Source: Eledone cirrhosa
Taxonomy: Eukaryota
DNA length: 64,000 bases
Direction: 5' to 3'
Assembly (NCBI GenBank): GCA_964016885.1
Contig: OZ024742.1
Coordinates: forward strand, 63,984,001-64,048,000
A program made the translations under genes and the position numbers. The notes beneath the pieces are model-generated. The model saw nothing but the letters and a program-made list of their open reading frames with translations. It was not told where the DNA came from and did not search any database. Shown here in pieces: positions 1-14,613 of the stretch; positions within the stretch are counted from its first letter, which is position 1, and every line of letters begins with the position of its first letter.

Positions 1-805
1 ATGCTGTTTCCAGACTGCACAGTAAGTCTCGCAACCGCTACAATGTAATTACACGTGGAGATCTCTGGCTACATCTAAGGAAAATTCAGCCTCACGTCAA
101 AGAGTTAGTCAGACTCCATGAAGCTCAAGGGTCCCATTGAAATGAGGTCAAAGTTAAAGTAAGTTGATTTATCCTAAAACTTGGATATGCTATTGTTACA
201 AAGCAAACTAACAATTTTTTTTTTTGTAGTTGCAGTCTGACTGGACTGGAAACCATCTACTACAATTCACTTACTCATTTGTTGTATATATTTTACCATT
301 TACTAATAAATATACCCTCCCGCGTGGTCATGAAATCCCTCTTCCGTGGTCTCTAAGCTCACAAAGCAGAGGGGACATCAAATTAGATAACAACATTTAT
401 TCTGTCCGTTTCATTAAAGGGAAAATTGGAAAGCTTTGAAATGATATAATTGCCACTTTCTTCCAGATAAGAGCACTCTTGGGATAGACAGAGTAGCTCT
501 TGTATAAATGTTCAAAATAGCTGGTATCGCCTGGTGGGAATATAACAAATTCAACTGGTCCTTATTCATAAAAAAAGAACATTTATGTTCCTTTTTTTGA
601 AATTTATATATTTCCTTTCAAGGAATGTATTTATACTTTCAGCTGCCTGCAATGGTATCTTTGGAATATTGTTAATTTTTTTTCAGTAATCTACTGATAT
701 CAAAATCAGTAGTATATTGAAAAATGGAAAAATAGGGGGGGGGGGGGGGTCGTGATTTCGAGGGACAAAAGGGGCCGTTTGGCCTAAATGGGTTGAGAAC
801 CTGTG
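1..805 (+). mobile_element. 3' end of a hAT (Charlie/Buster-like) DNA transposon
   Basis: Transposase C-terminus at 3-140, followed by a GGGG(T/C)CG-rich subterminal region ending GGTTGAGAACCTGTG, similar to Charlie-type termini. Confidence 0.7.
3..140 (+). pseudogene. hAT transposase C-terminal fragment (partial, runs off window)
   Basis: Translates AVSRLHSKSRNRYNVITRGDLWLHLRKIQPHVKELVRLHEAQGSH*, matching the K.RNR...GDLR.L..I.P.....H....SH* ending of Buster/ZBED8/SCAND3-type transposases. Confidence 0.75.
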
Positions 806-1290
806 TTCTAAGAGAAGATACTTGAATCATCGATTTCCCTTTACCTTCTCACTCATGTCACTCCGACACTTTTACATCATTTAAATCAATTACAATAATT
901 TTCCTCCATATTTTCTTTAATAATTATCAAATATATCCACTAAATTGTCATGATTTTTTTCTACCTATATATATCTGTCTCTCTGTCTATCTATCTATCC
1001 AAACATATCTATCTATCCATCCATCCATCTATCTATCCACCTACCTACATCTCTTTTTATCTATCTACTTATCTAGCAGTTTGTCTGCCTATCTATCTGT
1101 CTGATAGCTAGCTAGCTTTTTTTTTATCTTCGGACAGCTATTTGGGTTTTGGCATTGTTGTTATTGTTGTTCTTATCCAAAGATAGATAGATTGCTAAAT
1201 AAACATAAATAGATTACTATATATTAACAGTCAGACATATAGATAGACAGGTATGTAAGTAGATAGGTGTGTAGGTAGATAAATAGATAA

Positions 1291-1325
<35 letters not shown>

Positions 1326-1952
1326 CAAATATTCTCTCACTACGTACACAACTACATACAATACACATACACTTACATGTACAAACATACACACACGCAC
1401 ATGTACCCACAGTACAAATATACTCGCACACACACATACTTACCAGCACCCAAACACACATACACACACACAGAAGGTTACAAACATTCACAGAAACACA
1501 TACAGCACAAAGACACACACACGCACACAGGCTAACAGATATATTTACGCAAACACATACACAACAACACACATACAGTGTTACAAACATATTCACACAA
1601 ACACATAGACATCAACACCAATACACACACTCTGAAACCACACACCATTGCGTTGACAAACCTCTTTATGTGACAGTATACACTACTGTCCACATTTAGT
1701 TAAGGTCATGACAAACTACACCATTAGAACAGTAGTACTAATAACGCCGGCTCAAGGACCTATAAACCGTTATTTCAGTAGTCAAACCGCTTCCCTTCCA
1801 TTACATCTCATCATTCCCACTCTACACCTTTGCTTAATGACGTCACATTTGACTTGTCAAAGCTCACGTCCACTCCTCATTCCCGGTGTCACCCTATATA
1901 TATATATTTATATATATATGTTATTATAGGAAAATCTGCTTCGTAGAATCGA

Positions 1953-2048
1953 GACATATCTGACGACCGTGTTGATTTCAGAGTCGGGTGTGATCACCAT
2001 ATCGATCGTGCCTCGAGCTGATCGCCCGAGAAACATTTGTAATATGTC
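1953..2048 (+). ncRNA. Type I hammerhead ribozyme-like motif with expanded helix II
   Basis: GACATAT CTGACGA C[61 nt]A GAAA C ATTT G TA ATATGTC; 7-bp helix I, GUA triplet, AATAAA at 2050. Confidence 0.65.
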
Positions 2049-2089
2049 CAATAAATTCCTTTCGTCGCAACACTGGTTCTCTTTTTTCT

Positions 2090-3130
<1,041 letters not shown>

Positions 3131-3174
3131 AAAATAAAATAAAGACAAATGTTTAAAATTTGGCTTCGTTTATT

Positions 3175-3229
3175 ACTGCTATATATATTTCGGTGACAGC
3201 CATCTTTGGCTGTGACCTCTTCAGGCAGT
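3175..3229 (-). ncRNA. Minimal type I hammerhead ribozyme
   Basis: Minus strand: ACTGC CTGAAGA GGTCACAGCC AAAGAT GGCTGTCACC GAAA T ATAT A TA GCAGT AATAAA; complete core, 9/10-bp helix II, palindromic loop III. Confidence 0.85.
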
Positions 3230-3441
3230 CCGAATTAGTGTGGTAGAGACGAGTACACATGTTGTTGAGGTGTTTAACTTTGTCAATACTCTGATATGCC
3301 CAGTTCCTGGTTGGGTTGTTATTTCACTGAGGAACTGGAATCATATTTGACTTATTTATTTTATTTTATTTTACATTACTCCGGAGTAACCAAACCAACC
3401 TGCGCACTTCGTCGAGTACTCCAATCTGCATACTGAGGTGT

Positions 3442-3514
3442 TGGTATACAACCAACATATACTCAAAATTTATATATATATATATATAAATTTTGAGTAT
3501 ATGTTGGTTGTATA

Positions 3515-3517
<3 letters not shown>
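3442..3517. repeat. Perfect palindrome centred on (TA)n at the 5' end of the HHR island
   Basis: TGGTATACAACCAACATATACTCAAAATTT-(AT)n-AAATTTTGAGTATATGTTGGTTGTATACCA. Confidence 0.95.
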
Positions 3518-3549
<32 letters not shown>

Positions 3550-3569
3550 GATATACATACATACATACA

Positions 3570-4030
3570 TGGTGGCTGCCAACTCGTTTTCGAGTACGGC
3601 CACTACTTTATATCCATGTAGGAGAACCCCTACCGATGCGCTGAACGAGTGTGACTTTTCAGTCCGGCCAGCGACTTGAAAACCCCGGTACAAACACTAC
3701 ACTTGTGACAATTATTGACACATAGTGCTGGGCCCATGGTGCCATGTGACGACAAGTGCAGAGAGATCTCCAGATATAAAGCAATGCCTGTGCCGTGAAG
3801 TTTTTATAGTGAGCAAAGGCACTGCACAAAGCCAGTCCCACTCTCTTAACCAAGATGATATTTACCAAAAAGAAGAACAAGTCAACATCATTGGATACCA
3901 TCAGGGTTGCAGGTGTGATATCAGAGTTTTCCTTCTCCTAGAATTCTGCCTTGACAAAGGCTAAGGGGTCATCTCTCCCGGTGATTTTGGATGGCCATTG
4001 ACTCTTAAGAGTTCCTTTTGCCCTTTGACA
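3570..4030 (-). mobile_element. Non-autonomous RTE-derived element, 5'-truncated copy
   Basis: Near-identical to 17233-17840; 3' stem-loop with (ATGT)n tail. Confidence 0.8.
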
Positions 4031-4066
4031 TACATACATACATACATACATACATACATACATACA

Positions 4067-4169
<103 letters not shown>

Positions 4170-4564
4170 TGTTTGAAAAAGAAGACGAAAATATGGCAGC
4201 AGGGATGTCTTTAATGACAGGTCTGCTCGATCAAGACTGACCTCGGGATTAACCTCATTACAATAACTGATGACGTTGACACCAAACCTTGTCCTCTCTA
4301 GCTTGATGTTGGTGTCAGCATTAACCCAAACGTCTCTCTATAGTCAGCACTGATATTAGCACAAATTGTGGTCATGACAATTGATGTTGTTACCATTTAA
4401 CCATTTCATAACTATATTTCTATTGAAAGACGCAGCCTTTAACTTTCAAAGCATTTTCGAAAATAATGAAGAATTTGGAAGGTGTTAGTAAATACAACTT
4501 TATTGTTAAGCTGCAGCTTAATTCAAAGGTTCTTACATAAAATTATGATGGTAGGTTTTGAGAA

Positions 4565-5180
4565 TCAGTTGGCTGGATTTGATTTTGCAGACGACACGGT
4601 ATTACTTAACTCGACAAAAGTGATCTCCGACATGCACTTGATAGGTTTGATGCTGAGTGCTGCGTGACTGGAATGAAAATCAGTGCTGCGAAAACTGAGA
4701 CACTTGTCCTTTCAATGAAGCTTGTGCAGTGCACTCTACATGTGAATGGAGTTCCACCGAAGCAGGTGGAGAAGTTTAAGTATCTCGGGGCCGTGTTCAC
4801 GAGTGATGGAAGGCAAGAGGCTGAATTAAGTGCATGAATTGTAGGAGCTGGTGCAGTAATGCGCCAGCTTCAGCATTCAGTAATCAGAAGAAGGGAGGTA
4901 GGCGTAAAGCCAAACTCGCTATCTTCAACTCGGTTTTCGTGCCAACCCTTACCTATGGTCATAAATCTTGGGTAATGACCGAAAGAATACGATTGCGAAT
5001 ACAAGTGGCCGAAATGGGGTTCCTCCGAAGGGTCACTAGATTAACGTTACTCGATAGAATGCATAGCTTGGAGATCAGAGAGACGCTCCAGTTAGAGCCG
5101 CTACTTCTCCGAATTGAGAGATCACAGCTCCGATACTATGGGTATGTGGTTAGAATGTCCCAAGAAGAAGAAGAAGAAGA
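4565..5180 (+). pseudogene. Decayed RTE-clade LINE reverse transcriptase 3' fragment
   Basis: FADD motif, VEKFKYLG, PTLTYGHKSW, QVAEMGFLRRV and IERSQLRYYG across frameshifts; (GAA)n end. Confidence 0.85.
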
Positions 5181-5906
5181 AGATTTTTAGATAAATATAA
5201 ACACTTAAGCCCTTATATTTTAATATTTCTAATAAAAGACACCACCTGGAATTAAGTAATATAAATTTCTCATTATTAAATTAGTGTTTGGAACATAACT
5301 TAACAAAGGTTCTTACATAGAATTATGATGGAAAGTTTTTAGATAAATATAAACACTTTAAAACACATAAGCTTTGCATCATTGGACCATTGCATCGTTG
5401 GACCAGGAACGGTTTTGAAAATAATCATGAATTTAGAAATGTTTAGTAATCTTATTGAAATGGTGTTTGGGGTGTAAATTAACAAAGGTGCTTACATAAA
5501 ACTATAATGAAGGGTTTTTTTAGATAAATACAACCCTTTTAAAACAAGCAGTTTTGTATATTCGAACCTGGGGTGGTTTCAAGCCGTCTGTAATCAAAAG
5601 GTCTGAATAAACTATTTCAATAGAACGAAACAGACGACAGTTTATTTATGATTTTTTTAACATCAATCACTTGTAGCTACGACTTGTTTATCAGATAAAT
5701 CATTGAGAATGTCAATCTATCCAAATAAGCTGATGTTATGTTAACACGTAACCACTGTCTCCATAGGACACAGGGGCTGCAAAGGTAGTACAGGGGGATC
5801 CATAAGCACTAACTGTTTTTAATGGGACCACAAAGATAATACTGAGGCTCAGCAAACATATTACTGGGGGTCCATGAGTTACTGATGTTAATGTTTTAAC
5901 CATTTA

Positions 5907-6094
5907 ACAGGGCGGTGGATTGGCAGTATCGGTAGAGGGTCAGACACCATGCTTTCCAGCATAGTTACGTCCCTTTACGATCTGAGTTCAAATCCCGCCG
6001 AGGTTGACTTTGCCTTTCATCCTTACGGGGTCGATAAAATAAAGTACCAGTAATGCACTGGGTAATTGCTGGCCTTGTGCCTAAAGTAGAAACA
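5907..6094 (+). mobile_element. tRNA-derived SINE with 20-bp target-site duplication
   Basis: A-box/B-box (GAGTTCAAATCC) and a GCCTTTCATCCTTACGGGGTCGATAAAATAAAGTACCAG central domain; GTTAATGTTTTAACCATTTA at both 5887-5906 and 6095-6114. Other copies near 12340-12528(-), 21582-21775, 51026-51225, 52905-53060(-) and 60035-60220. Confidence 0.85.
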
Positions 6095-6207
6095 GTTAAT
6101 GTTTTAACCATTTACTGTGTCCATAGGTCAATGGGACCACAAAGGTAATACTGACGGTCCGTGAGCTTGTTGAGTAGACAGACATTTTCAAAAGACAGGA
6201 GTCGTTC

Positions 6208-6410
6208 ACTTCAATTTGGTTAGTTTAATAACCGGATGGTTGTTTATTTGTTTATTATCAAAGCTCTTCTGTTGCACAATCTGTGACCTCTTCGGTGACT
6301 ACTTGGTTATTTTGTGTGTCTCCTTTGTTCTGTCTTGTATCATCTTGTTTTTCCTTTGACAATAAACAAATAAAACAACTATCCAGTTATTAAACTAACC
6401 AACTGGAAGT
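6208..6410 (-). mobile_element. Inverted-repeat island with a degenerate HHR in the spacer
   Basis: Arms 6208-6263 and 6354-6410; minus strand reads GTCA CCGAAGA GGTCACAGATTGTGCAAC AGAAGAGCTT TGAT AATAAA. Confidence 0.55.
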
Positions 6411-6497
6411 TTATAATAAATTGAAGCGAAAACCAACGGGTGTATGTGTTTTTATTGGCAGAATGACTCCCCCCCCCCACAAAAAAAAAGTATGACA

Positions 6498-6550
<53 letters not shown>

Positions 6551-6552
6551 TG

Positions 6553-6612
<60 letters not shown>

Positions 6613-6685
6613 GAGAGAGTGGGGGGTGAAGTAAGGAAATAAATAGATGGGAAGTGTGGTAGATATTCTTTTACTCGTTTCAGTA

Positions 6686-6720
<35 letters not shown>

Positions 6721-8899
6721 GGGGGGGGGGGGGGCAACTTTCATCCTTCCGAATGTCGTAAAGTGAAATACTGGAGTAGTTTATTTGATTGAACTCCCAT
6801 TTCTCAATTCACCTCCTCATCGTCATCATCAATAACTACTATATCAACTTATGACTGCTATACTAGAAGGACCAATCCTCTCTCTCACACTGCAGCTTTC
6901 GTTACCAGTGGTGGTTCGCTGGTTAATTGATTAACCCTTCCTAGCTTTAGGATTTTAATAAACAGAATTTGAACACACAGTGCCGGAGCAAACACCAAAA
7001 AGCATCTCGTCAGACGCTCTAACAACCCACCGCTATTTTTCCAACATGGATTGATACTTTATTTTATCGACCCCGAAAGGATGGAAGGCTAAGTTTGAAT
7101 TGAGAACACAGCGAGCCGAAACAAATACCGCTACGTATTAAACCCTTGCGACTCCGTCAATTAATCACCACTACTGGAAAACTATATTTATTTAGCTACG
7201 TCCTTTTCTGTTCCATAGTTCAAAATTCACCTGCGGACGATGCAGCCTTTCATCCTTCTGGGATCGATAAAACAAGTTGGGATCAGGTACTAGGATGGAT
7301 TAAATCGATTATTTGTCCCACGCTCCCTAACTCTCATCATTGGTGGCAATCAATACATTTCCACGTCAATTTAGTCTCTGTGTTCAAAGCTTACAGTGAT
7401 AGGTACGATTAAATAAGTATCAAACAAGTGTCGAATCTTCGCCAGTTACGACAATGAGTGTTCCAGCTGTTCCAAGAACGGAACAGCCTGTTCATGGGAT
7501 TAATGTGCAAGTGGCTGAATATTCCACAACGTGATACAGTGTGAGACAAGACTGGCTCTTTGAATTATAGGTACAACTACTTTATGTCAGCTAGATGAAT
7601 AGGAGCAACGTGAAATAAAGTATCTTGTTTAAGAACACTACCCGCCACTGGAAATCGAACTCACAACCTTATGATTGTAATGTATCAAATAGAAAAAAAT
7701 AAACGTGGGAAAAAAATTAAGTAATGGCTGGGCGGTATATCTCAGACGGACAAGATGGCGAAAATATCGCCGCAGAGAACAGCCAGTGTGACAGTGAGTC
7801 AAACACTCTAACCACTAAGTCACTCGCCTCCACATCAGATAAGTACTGCAAATAGTTTCAATCGATTAAGCTACTCGCCTTTTCATATAAATTTATGAAT
7901 TACAATCGTATTTCAATGAAAACATTGAATTGAATTGAATTGAACTGAAGATGTGAACTTTAGCAGAATACGTTGAAACAACTATAAAACCGTCAGCTAA
8001 AATGAAAGTAGAAGACACGATTGTAATTTATCGTGTTTGTGATGGAGGTGTGGCGGGGTTGCAACAATGTGTGTGTTATATAATCGCGTATGTTTTAATA
8101 AAATACCGACTTTAAAAGGAGTACATTCGTTTCATTTGAGCTCCCAACCGAATACACTTGGGTATTCGGCGTCCTAGGCTAACACTAGTGTCCCCCATCC
8201 TCTTTCTGTCCTATTCTCCGTAATAAAATATTTTCAACTTACAATTTGGTAACTAAATACACCTATTTATTTTTACAAAATTACAAAACCTGCATTTTTT
8301 TACTAAACCGTCCATACTCTCTCACGCCAAATCATGACAGCTTATAACATCAAATGATCCACCCAATGCTTTGGATATTTCCACAATGCTGCTATCCAGC
8401 AAAGATATTTAGTGATTTATTTATTGATCGTAGGAAATCCCTATATATTAATTATTACAAATACGTATAAAACCGTAACACTTTAAAGTTCAGTAATACA
8501 CATTTCTGAGGTCTGCGCCCCCAGAGAATGCCTAGCTGGTCGAATGGTAGCACAGGTCGTGTATAGAACTGCGATTCTGTTCAGTAATGCGCTCCTCAAA
8601 ATGTGGTCTATGCCCTAGGTGTCTACCTTGTTGACCTTAATAGATGCACCGAACTTGTAGAGCAGTTGCTGTCTGCTATTTACGTGAATAAGTCAATAAC
8701 TCATTCGAATTCGTGACTTGTTGTCTGCTTCACACACATCAATAACAAATATGCATGTATGAGTGCTTGAGAGAGGAAGTGTGTGTGCATGTGTATGTGT
8801 GCCTGTATATGTGTGTGTGTGTCTGTATGGGCGCGTGAGAGAGGAAGTGTGTGTGCATGTGTATGTGTGCCTGTATATGTGTGTGTGTGTCTGTATGGG

Positions 8900-9210
8900 C
8901 GCGTGAGTTAGTGGTTAGAGCGTCGGGCTTACAATTGTGAAGTTGTGATTCGATTTCTGGACTAGGTGGTGTGTAGTATCCTTGAGCAAGACACTTTATT
9001 TCACGTTGCTCGGGTTCATTCAGCTGTAAAAATGAATTGCGATGTCACTGGTGCGAGTTGTATCATCGGTGGCGTGGAGAGGGGTGACTGGTATGCATAG
9101 GTGACTGTTGGTTTTCCACAAACAATCTTGCCCGGACTAGTGCCTCAGAGGGGAACTTTCTAGGTACAAATCCCGTGGTCATTCGTCACCGATGGGGGTT
9201 TTACCGTTTA
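8900..9210 (+). mobile_element. tRNA-derived SINE with CORE-like domain
   Basis: TAGTGGTTAGAGCG A-box and CCTTGAGCAAGACACTTTATTTCAC domain. Related copies near 7450-7830(-), 10170-10495(-), 29690-30015, 51270-51500(-), 56080-56400 and 57350-57645. Confidence 0.75.
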
Positions 9211-11114
9211 GATCTGTATAGATGTGTGTATATCTGAATGTGTGCATGGGGTGTACCTGTATACGCGTGTGAGTATCTGTATGCGTCAGTGCGTGTGTGT
9301 TCTTTTCTTTCTTTTTTCTTTGTTGGTTTCAATCACATAAGAGATTCAGTTGACCATACTTGTTTTTCCAGTCTGGTACTTACGTTATCGATCTATATAT
9401 TGTCAAGCTGGCTCATAAACAAACAACAATCGTTAACGCCCACACATGCGCACACACAGATATATAGCGATGATTTGTTTGGTCGTGTTGGTAGCTGATT
9501 GTGTTGTAGTGTTGATTCGTTTGTTGTGTGCGTGCCCACTTGTAGCTTGCTGTGTCGTGAGGTCACTGTTGTGTGATACAGTGTGGCCAGAGGTTGCATG
9601 TGTGCGTAAGTGAGTAAGTGTTCAATAAAATGATGATGATATGATAGTTCCTTGATCACGCAGAAAATGAATATATGTAAATGAACCACGATGACACCAA
9701 ACTGCTATATTATTAATTTATTGAAAATAGCTCACCCTAAAACTATACGAAAAATACACCAGAATTATGTACGTTATTTATTTGTTTGTAAAAGTAGAGT
9801 TATAGTCGTATTTACCAAGAAAACTTCATAAACTTCACTGGCTTGGTTAAGAGAAAGACCAAGAGATAGAGATTGAGTGAAAGAGAAAGTAAGAGTCTGT
9901 AAGACCCAAGAGGTCTGTAGAAAGCAAATGTTTTACATGTTTACTCTATCAAGAACTGCTTCGAACTGCCCTCCGCTTGATCTAAGACAAGGTATTTATC
10001 TCTGTCGCTTCCTCTGTCCCCAAGCCTTGAGAGCAAAGGGTTGACCTCTAGAGTTCGTGCACTCTCAGACTTGTTGACGCCCGAAAGGAGATAACCAAAA
10101 AAATGACCGTTAAATGCCACCCAGGGGTCAAGGTGTGGACAGATTTCACTACACACACACGTGGACTGACTGGCAATCCGTCGGTTACGACGCCAAGTGT
10201 TCCAGTTGATCTGATCAAGCGACAGCCTGCTCGTGAAATTAACGTGCAAGTGGGTGAACATTCCACAAACACGCATACCTTTAACCTAGTTCTCAGGGAG
10301 ATTCAGCGTGACGCAGAATGTGACAAGGTTAGCCCTTTGAATAACAGGTATAACTCATTGTTGCCAGCTCAGCGGGCTGGAGCAACGTGAAATAAAGCGT
10401 CTAGCTCAAGGACACAACGCGCCACCGGGAATCGAACTCACGACGGTACGATTGAGAGCTAAATATCATAACCAGAAAGCCACCCATCTTCACGCAAACA
10501 TATATATACACATACACACACACTGTAGAGGACTGTTACCAGTGGAAGATAGTATCTTCCTGATCTTTATGTCCAAGTTAGGGATCTCATCAAGTGTCCA
10601 GTGAAATATCCCAAATGTTGGTACCAGCTCTGGCACTGCAGCAGCATTATGGGATATGATTTTATTACCTGCCTAGTGATGGTGCCATGATAAAATACAC
10701 TTGGTAGAGCATAGTAAGACATGTGTACATTGCAGGCCCCTAGCCCAACTAAAAGGCTCTGTTTGAGTACTGACTGTATGAAGACCTGTATAACTCTTGC
10801 TAGTAAGGAGGACAGACGTTAAATGATAATGATGATGATGGTGGTGGTGATGGTGAATGTGAACAACTCTGACATTGCAAGAGCATAATGTGATATGGTC
10901 TTATTGAATGTGGACAGCACTGACCTCCATAACTTCTAAAGCTTGCTGAACTACTTTTCCTTTATTCTTTGATCACTCTGGCTTTACAACATTCTCATCA
11001 ATTCCGAGGTACTTGTAGCATTGATCATTGTAGAGGGTTGTATATGTGTAGGAGGAGGGAGGGGTAGACAGATCATGCCATTAATATCTCTAGGGTTAAA
11101 CAGATTTTGGTATC

Positions 11115-11460
11115 TATATAGCTATTGCTATATATAAGGAGAGATAAATAGGACAGGCTGTTGATATCTATAGGGGGAGATAGGGTAGGCTATTGATATA
11201 TATCGGGAGTAGATAGGGCAATCTATTGATATATATATATAGGGAGTAGACAGGACCGGCTATTGATATCTATACGGGGAAGATAGGGTAGGCTATTGAT
11301 ATCTATAAGGGGAGATAGACTGGACAGGCAATTAATATCTATAGGAGATATATAGGCTTTTAATAGTTATTGGAGGTAGACAAGCTTCTGATATCTATAG
11401 GGGGTAAAGACAGGACATTGATAACTATAGTGTGGTTAGGTTAGCTATTAGTGTCTGTAT
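11115..11460. repeat. Degenerate ~35-40 bp minisatellite
   Basis: Repeated GGCTATTGATATCTATAGGGGAGATAG-like units. Confidence 0.75.
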
Positions 11461-11749
11461 CCCTAGTCATTCTTCAGTTGAATACCAAATATGGGCAGTT
11501 GTTCTAACCAAACTCATTTCATGTCCTGTAAGAATGTTATAGCCTGCTCTAATAGTCCCTTTATGCTATAAATAATACCTAAATGCAGCTATATGAGTCA
11601 AACATTGGCGTGGGTGACATTAATTTTCCTCTCCTCTGCAAGTCCTTGACATTTCCTCAATGTCACCTTGACATTTCCTCCACAGAGCTGACAGAAGCTT
11701 CTTTGCCAGCACCAACAACAGTGCTGTCACTCTCAAATATTTTACGGTT

Positions 11750-12033
11750 GACGATTCTGAATAAAGTGGCCAAACTGGGGTTCCTCTGAAGGGTCTTTTG
11801 AGTAATGTTACTCGATAGAGTGCGTAATTTGGAAATCGGGGAGTCACTCCAGATAGAGCCACTAATTATCCGCATTGAGAGATCACAGCTCCGGTGCTAC
11901 AGAAATGTGGTTAGAATGTCTAAAGAAAGAATTTCTGGACAATTAGCTGGCGATCCAATGGTAGACTACAAGCAAAATGTTTGGATAACATCCATAAGCT
12001 TAGGGATCCAGCCGCATCATTTGCAAACAGTTG
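11750..12033 (+). pseudogene. RTE LINE 3' fragment
   Basis: LLDRVRNLEIGESLQIEPLIIRIERSQLR; same family as 4565-5180 and 22330-22885. Confidence 0.8.
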
Positions 12034-12233
12034 NNNNNNNNNNNNNNNNNNNNNNNNNNNNNNNNNNNNNNNNNNNNNNNNNNNNNNNNNNNNNNNNNNN
12101 NNNNNNNNNNNNNNNNNNNNNNNNNNNNNNNNNNNNNNNNNNNNNNNNNNNNNNNNNNNNNNNNNNNNNNNNNNNNNNNNNNNNNNNNNNNNNNNNNNNN
12201 NNNNNNNNNNNNNNNNNNNNNNNNNNNNNNNNN
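12034..12233. other. Assembly gap (200 N)
   Basis: Run of N. Confidence 1.
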
Positions 12234-13027
12234 AATTAACATATTAATGGTATTGACTAATTTCAGCTAGTTAAAATAATAGGCATTAAATAAAATAAAA
12301 TGAGCAAAAATATACTCCAATATTTGTCATCAAATAATTGATTCTACTTTTGGCACAAGGGCCAACAATTATCCCAGTGCATTACTGGTGTTTTATTTTA
12401 TCGAACTCGTAAGGACGAAACGCAAAATTAAACTTGGCGGGATTTGAACTCAGATCGTAAAGGGCCGTAACTCTATGCTACAAAGCATGGCGTCCGACCC
12501 CTCTACCGATACTGCCAATCTACCACCCTTATCTGTCATCAAATAATGTGCTTATTTCAGAAGACCATACTTAGTCTTTCAGAAGGCTGCACTTAGTCTA
12601 GTCTTTCAGAAGGGCCACATACATCCTTAGAGCCACAGGTTCAGCTGCTTCTGTCATCACCATTAAAGAAAAAAATAACTTTTCAAATATACCCCTGTGC
12701 TTTTACACTTTTACTTTTTACCCCCCCCCCCCCCCCCCCCCCACCCCCCCACACACACACACAATATATATATATATATATATATAAGAAGCAAAGAAAA
12801 TTTCAATGATACGAAAGATTTCATGGTGGAAGTTCAGGTGTACACCGAGTTGGTATCCAGTTTCGGGGTGAAAATCCAATTAAGAAATCCAACGAATTTT
12901 GAGAGGTCCACGTAAGCGTAAGATACATATATATATATGTGTAAAAGGTAAAGAGAAATAACAACACAATCGGTACAGTATATGAAAGGAATATATTAGG
13001 TTAACGCTTGAAATAGCAGAAAGAGGG

Positions 13028-13063
13028 TCTTAACATTTCGGACGCTAGTACTTCATCAGAAGA
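13028..13063 (-). ncRNA. Ultra-minimal hammerhead-like motif (extra-A type)
   Basis: Minus strand: TCTT CTGATGA A GTAC TAGC GTCC GAAA TG TT AAGA; one mismatch in helix II. Confidence 0.6.
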
Positions 13064-13110
13064 AAGAATGAGAAATAAAGTAGATTGAGGGGACGGATTT
13101 TCTAATTAGA

Positions 13111-13135
13111 TTATGTATGTATGTCTCTCTTTCAC

Positions 13136-13197
<62 letters not shown>

Positions 13198-13222
13198 GTG
13201 AAAGAGAGACATACATACATAA
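13111..13222. repeat. Palindrome with ~30-bp arms around (TA)n
   Basis: TTATGTATGTATGTCTCTCTTTCACTCTGT-(AT)n-ACAGAGTGAAAGAGAGACATACATACATAA. Confidence 0.9.
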
Positions 13223-13539
13223 ACAGGGTTCGATTAAGACCTTTGTTGGACGGGGCCTTCAGGTTGTGGGGTGAGCTCATACACAAAAAATTGGAATACA
13301 CAACCAGTACCCCAATTTTACAAATCAATGTTAGCTTGGTGCAAGTAATTGGAATTGATTAGTTATATATACAGGAATTAACTTCAAACATTCTAACCAT
13401 CCTAAAACTAAAAAGCTCAGTTAAGGGTACAAATAGATTGCTATGATTGTCGCTGATGGCTCTCCCCTCCCCACTGCAGGCAACCCGGGGCAATTGCTCC
13501 CTTTGCCCCCTATTAAATCCGGCCCTGTACATACATATA

Positions 13540-14021
13540 GGATGGCTGCCCCCTCGTTATCGAGTATGGCCATTGCACGATATACCATTATTAGTAATTA
13601 TTAATTAATTCCATTGTGCAATGCCTGTGCTCAAAGATTTGTTTAAAGTGAAGAAAGACTGCACTGAGCCAATCCCACTCTCTGAGCGACAGTAGCTATA
13701 ACCCGAAAAGAAGAAGAGATCTACATCATCGGTAACTACTGAGCCGCAGGATTTATGTCGGAGTTATCCTAGTTTCCTGAGTTGCCTTCTCTTAGAATAA
13801 TGCCCTGACAAAGGCTAGGAGTCCTTCACTCCCAGTGGTTTCACCGGGCGATCGGGTGTCCAGTCCGACTATTTCTATGTCCCCGCGCATATACATACAC
13901 ATACATATGTACATGTGTATATACATATACATTACACATACATATGTACATGTGTATATACATATTTTCACATGTTTGGATGGCCGTTGACTCTTATGAG
14001 TTCTTCCGCCCTTTGTGTACC
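13540..14021 (-). mobile_element. Diverged sibling of the non-autonomous RTE-derived element
   Basis: Colinear similarity (GACAAAGGCTA, CCCACTCTCT, GCAATGCCTGTGC) and a 3' hairpin CTCGATAACGAGGGGGCAGCCATC; interrupted by a microsatellite. Confidence 0.65.
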
Positions 14022-14094
14022 ATACATACATACATACATACATACATACAAACATACATACATACATACATACATACATACATACATACATACA

Positions 14095-14127
<33 letters not shown>

Positions 14128-14613
14128 GGTGGCTGCCAACTCGTTTTCGAGTACGGCAACTACTTTATATCCATGTAAGAGAACCCCTACCGATGCGCTG
14201 AACGAGTGTGACTTTTTAGTCCAGCCAGCGACTTGAAAACTCTGGTACAAACACTACATTTGTGACAATTATTTACACATAGTGCTGGGCCCATGGTACC
14301 ATGTGATGACAAGTGCAGAGAGATCTCCGGATATAAAGCAAATGCCTGTGCCGTGAAGCTTTTATAGTGAGCAAAGGCACTGCACAGAGCCAGTCCCACT
14401 CTCTTAACCAAGATGATATTTACCAAAAAGAAGAACAAGTCAACATCATTGGATACCATCAGGGTTGCAGGTGTTATATCAGAGTTTTCCTTGTCCTAGA
14501 ATTCTGCCTTGACATCCTGCCTTGGACATCCTGCAGGACTAAAAACAAAACCTGTCAAAGGGCAAAGGAGCTCTTAAGAGTCAATGGCCATCCAAAATCA
14601 CGGGAGAGATGAC
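14128..14613 (-). mobile_element. Non-autonomous RTE-derived element with inverted 5' segment
   Basis: 14128-14513 is in minus orientation; 14522-14613 is the adjacent upstream part in plus orientation. Confidence 0.8.

Noticed and set aside
1838-1845. TGACGTCA CRE site (also near 29354 and 34868)
   Set aside because: No linked transcription start; the latter two lie in a dispersed repeat.
4267-4335. CTGATGA followed by a hairpin
   Set aside because: No GAAA after the stem and no helix I, so not an HHR.
7945-7990. CTGAAGA...GAAA
   Set aside because: Helices I and III do not pair.
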